Below are positions 63,176 through 64,000 of a stretch of 64,000 bases of DNA, in pieces; within the stretch, counting starts at the first letter, position 1; the number at the start of each line of letters is the position of its first letter. The DNA comes from Takakia lepidozioides. Its lineage: Eukaryota; Plantae; Bryophyta. The translations under genes were made by a program, and so were the position numbers. The notes below the pieces were generated by a model. That model worked only from the letters and a program-made list of their open reading frames with translations. It was not told where the DNA came from and searched no databases. The stretch spans positions 28,458,001 to 28,522,000 of the forward strand of contig CM060734.1 of assembly GCA_030704615.1 (NCBI GenBank). Reading direction: 5' to 3'.

Positions 63176-63304
63176 TGTTGTGTCTCTCTACAACAAACGG
63201 ATCCACTGTACATATTCTGCCCCAACAGGTCATATCCACCTATACCATACTAATCACAGCAGATGTGAAGCTTCTCAGTGGCAACTCTTCTTTCATGATT
63301 AAAG

Positions 63305-64000
63305 ACACTACCCTGGCGGATCTGGAAAAGGGTAATGAGGTCCATGGCGACATCTTTAGAGCTGGAATTGTACCAATTGTCATTCTGAACAATACCTTGA
63401 TGGACATGTATGCAAAATGTGGGTGTATGGAGGATACAAAGGGAGCGTTTGACACTACAGCTGAATGAGATTTGGTGTCGTGGAATGCGATGCTTGCAGG
63501 TTTTGCTGTAGTTGTACCAAATGTAATTTTGCACACTGCCCTGACAGATCTGGAAAATGGCAAAGAGGTCCATGGCGACATCTTCAGAACTGGAATTGTA
63601 CCTCATTCTGAACAATACCCTGGGGGACATGTATGCAAAATGTGGGTGCATCGACGATGTAAAGGGAGTGTCTGACACTATGGCTGTCGTGAAATGCAAT
63701 CCTTGCAGGTCCTGGCCCAGTTGTACCAAATGTCACTCTACACACTGCCTTGACAGATCTGAGAAATGGCAAATGTCCATGGCGACATATTCAGAGCTGG
63801 AATTGTACCAACTGTCATTCTGAACAATACCCTGGTGGACATGTATGCAAAATGTGGGTGCATCGACGATGCAAAGGGAGTGTTTGACACTATGGCTGAA
63901 TGAGTTGTGGTGTCGTGGAATGCGATGCTTGCAGGTTTTGCCGTAGTTGTACCAAATATCACTCTGCACACTGCCCTGGCAGATCTGGGAAAGGGCAAAG
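63305..64000 (+). pseudogene. Third degenerate tandem PPR-derived array (runs off the window)
   Basis: LEKGNEVHGDIFRAGIVP...LMDMYAKCGC units of ~230-250 bp with stops. Confidence 0.85.

Overview
Eukaryotic plant nuclear DNA with spliceosomal introns. It looks like a seed-free land plant with organellar RNA editing, but the species cannot be fixed from this window. A core of intact host genes (MUB, a TRAF/XAF1-type zinc-finger gene, a PLS-DYW PPR editing factor, TIC56; about 14.8-30.6 kb) is flanked by transposon-rich DNA. That DNA holds two Ty1/copia elements, one splitting a DUF760 pseudogene, and two copies of a PPR-DYW pseudogene plus a ~570-bp repeat block, both ending at the same CACTA terminus. 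It also holds a 17.3-kb Mutator-like element (MULE, 45444-62771, 9-bp TSD CTTGAGGCT) with a nested chromodomain Ty3/gypsy. Main find: besides its transposase, the MULE encodes a divergently transcribed, intron-containing gene fusing a ParB/Srx-like domain (WDGNHR..A) to a bacterial-type beta-class N4-C/N6-A DNA methyltransferase fold. That gene's first intron holds an array of about 8 near-perfect 36-bp palindromes at ~115-bp spacing. This is a candidate transposon-borne ParB/parS-like self-recognition and epigenetic module. This copy is disrupted, and its function is inference only.
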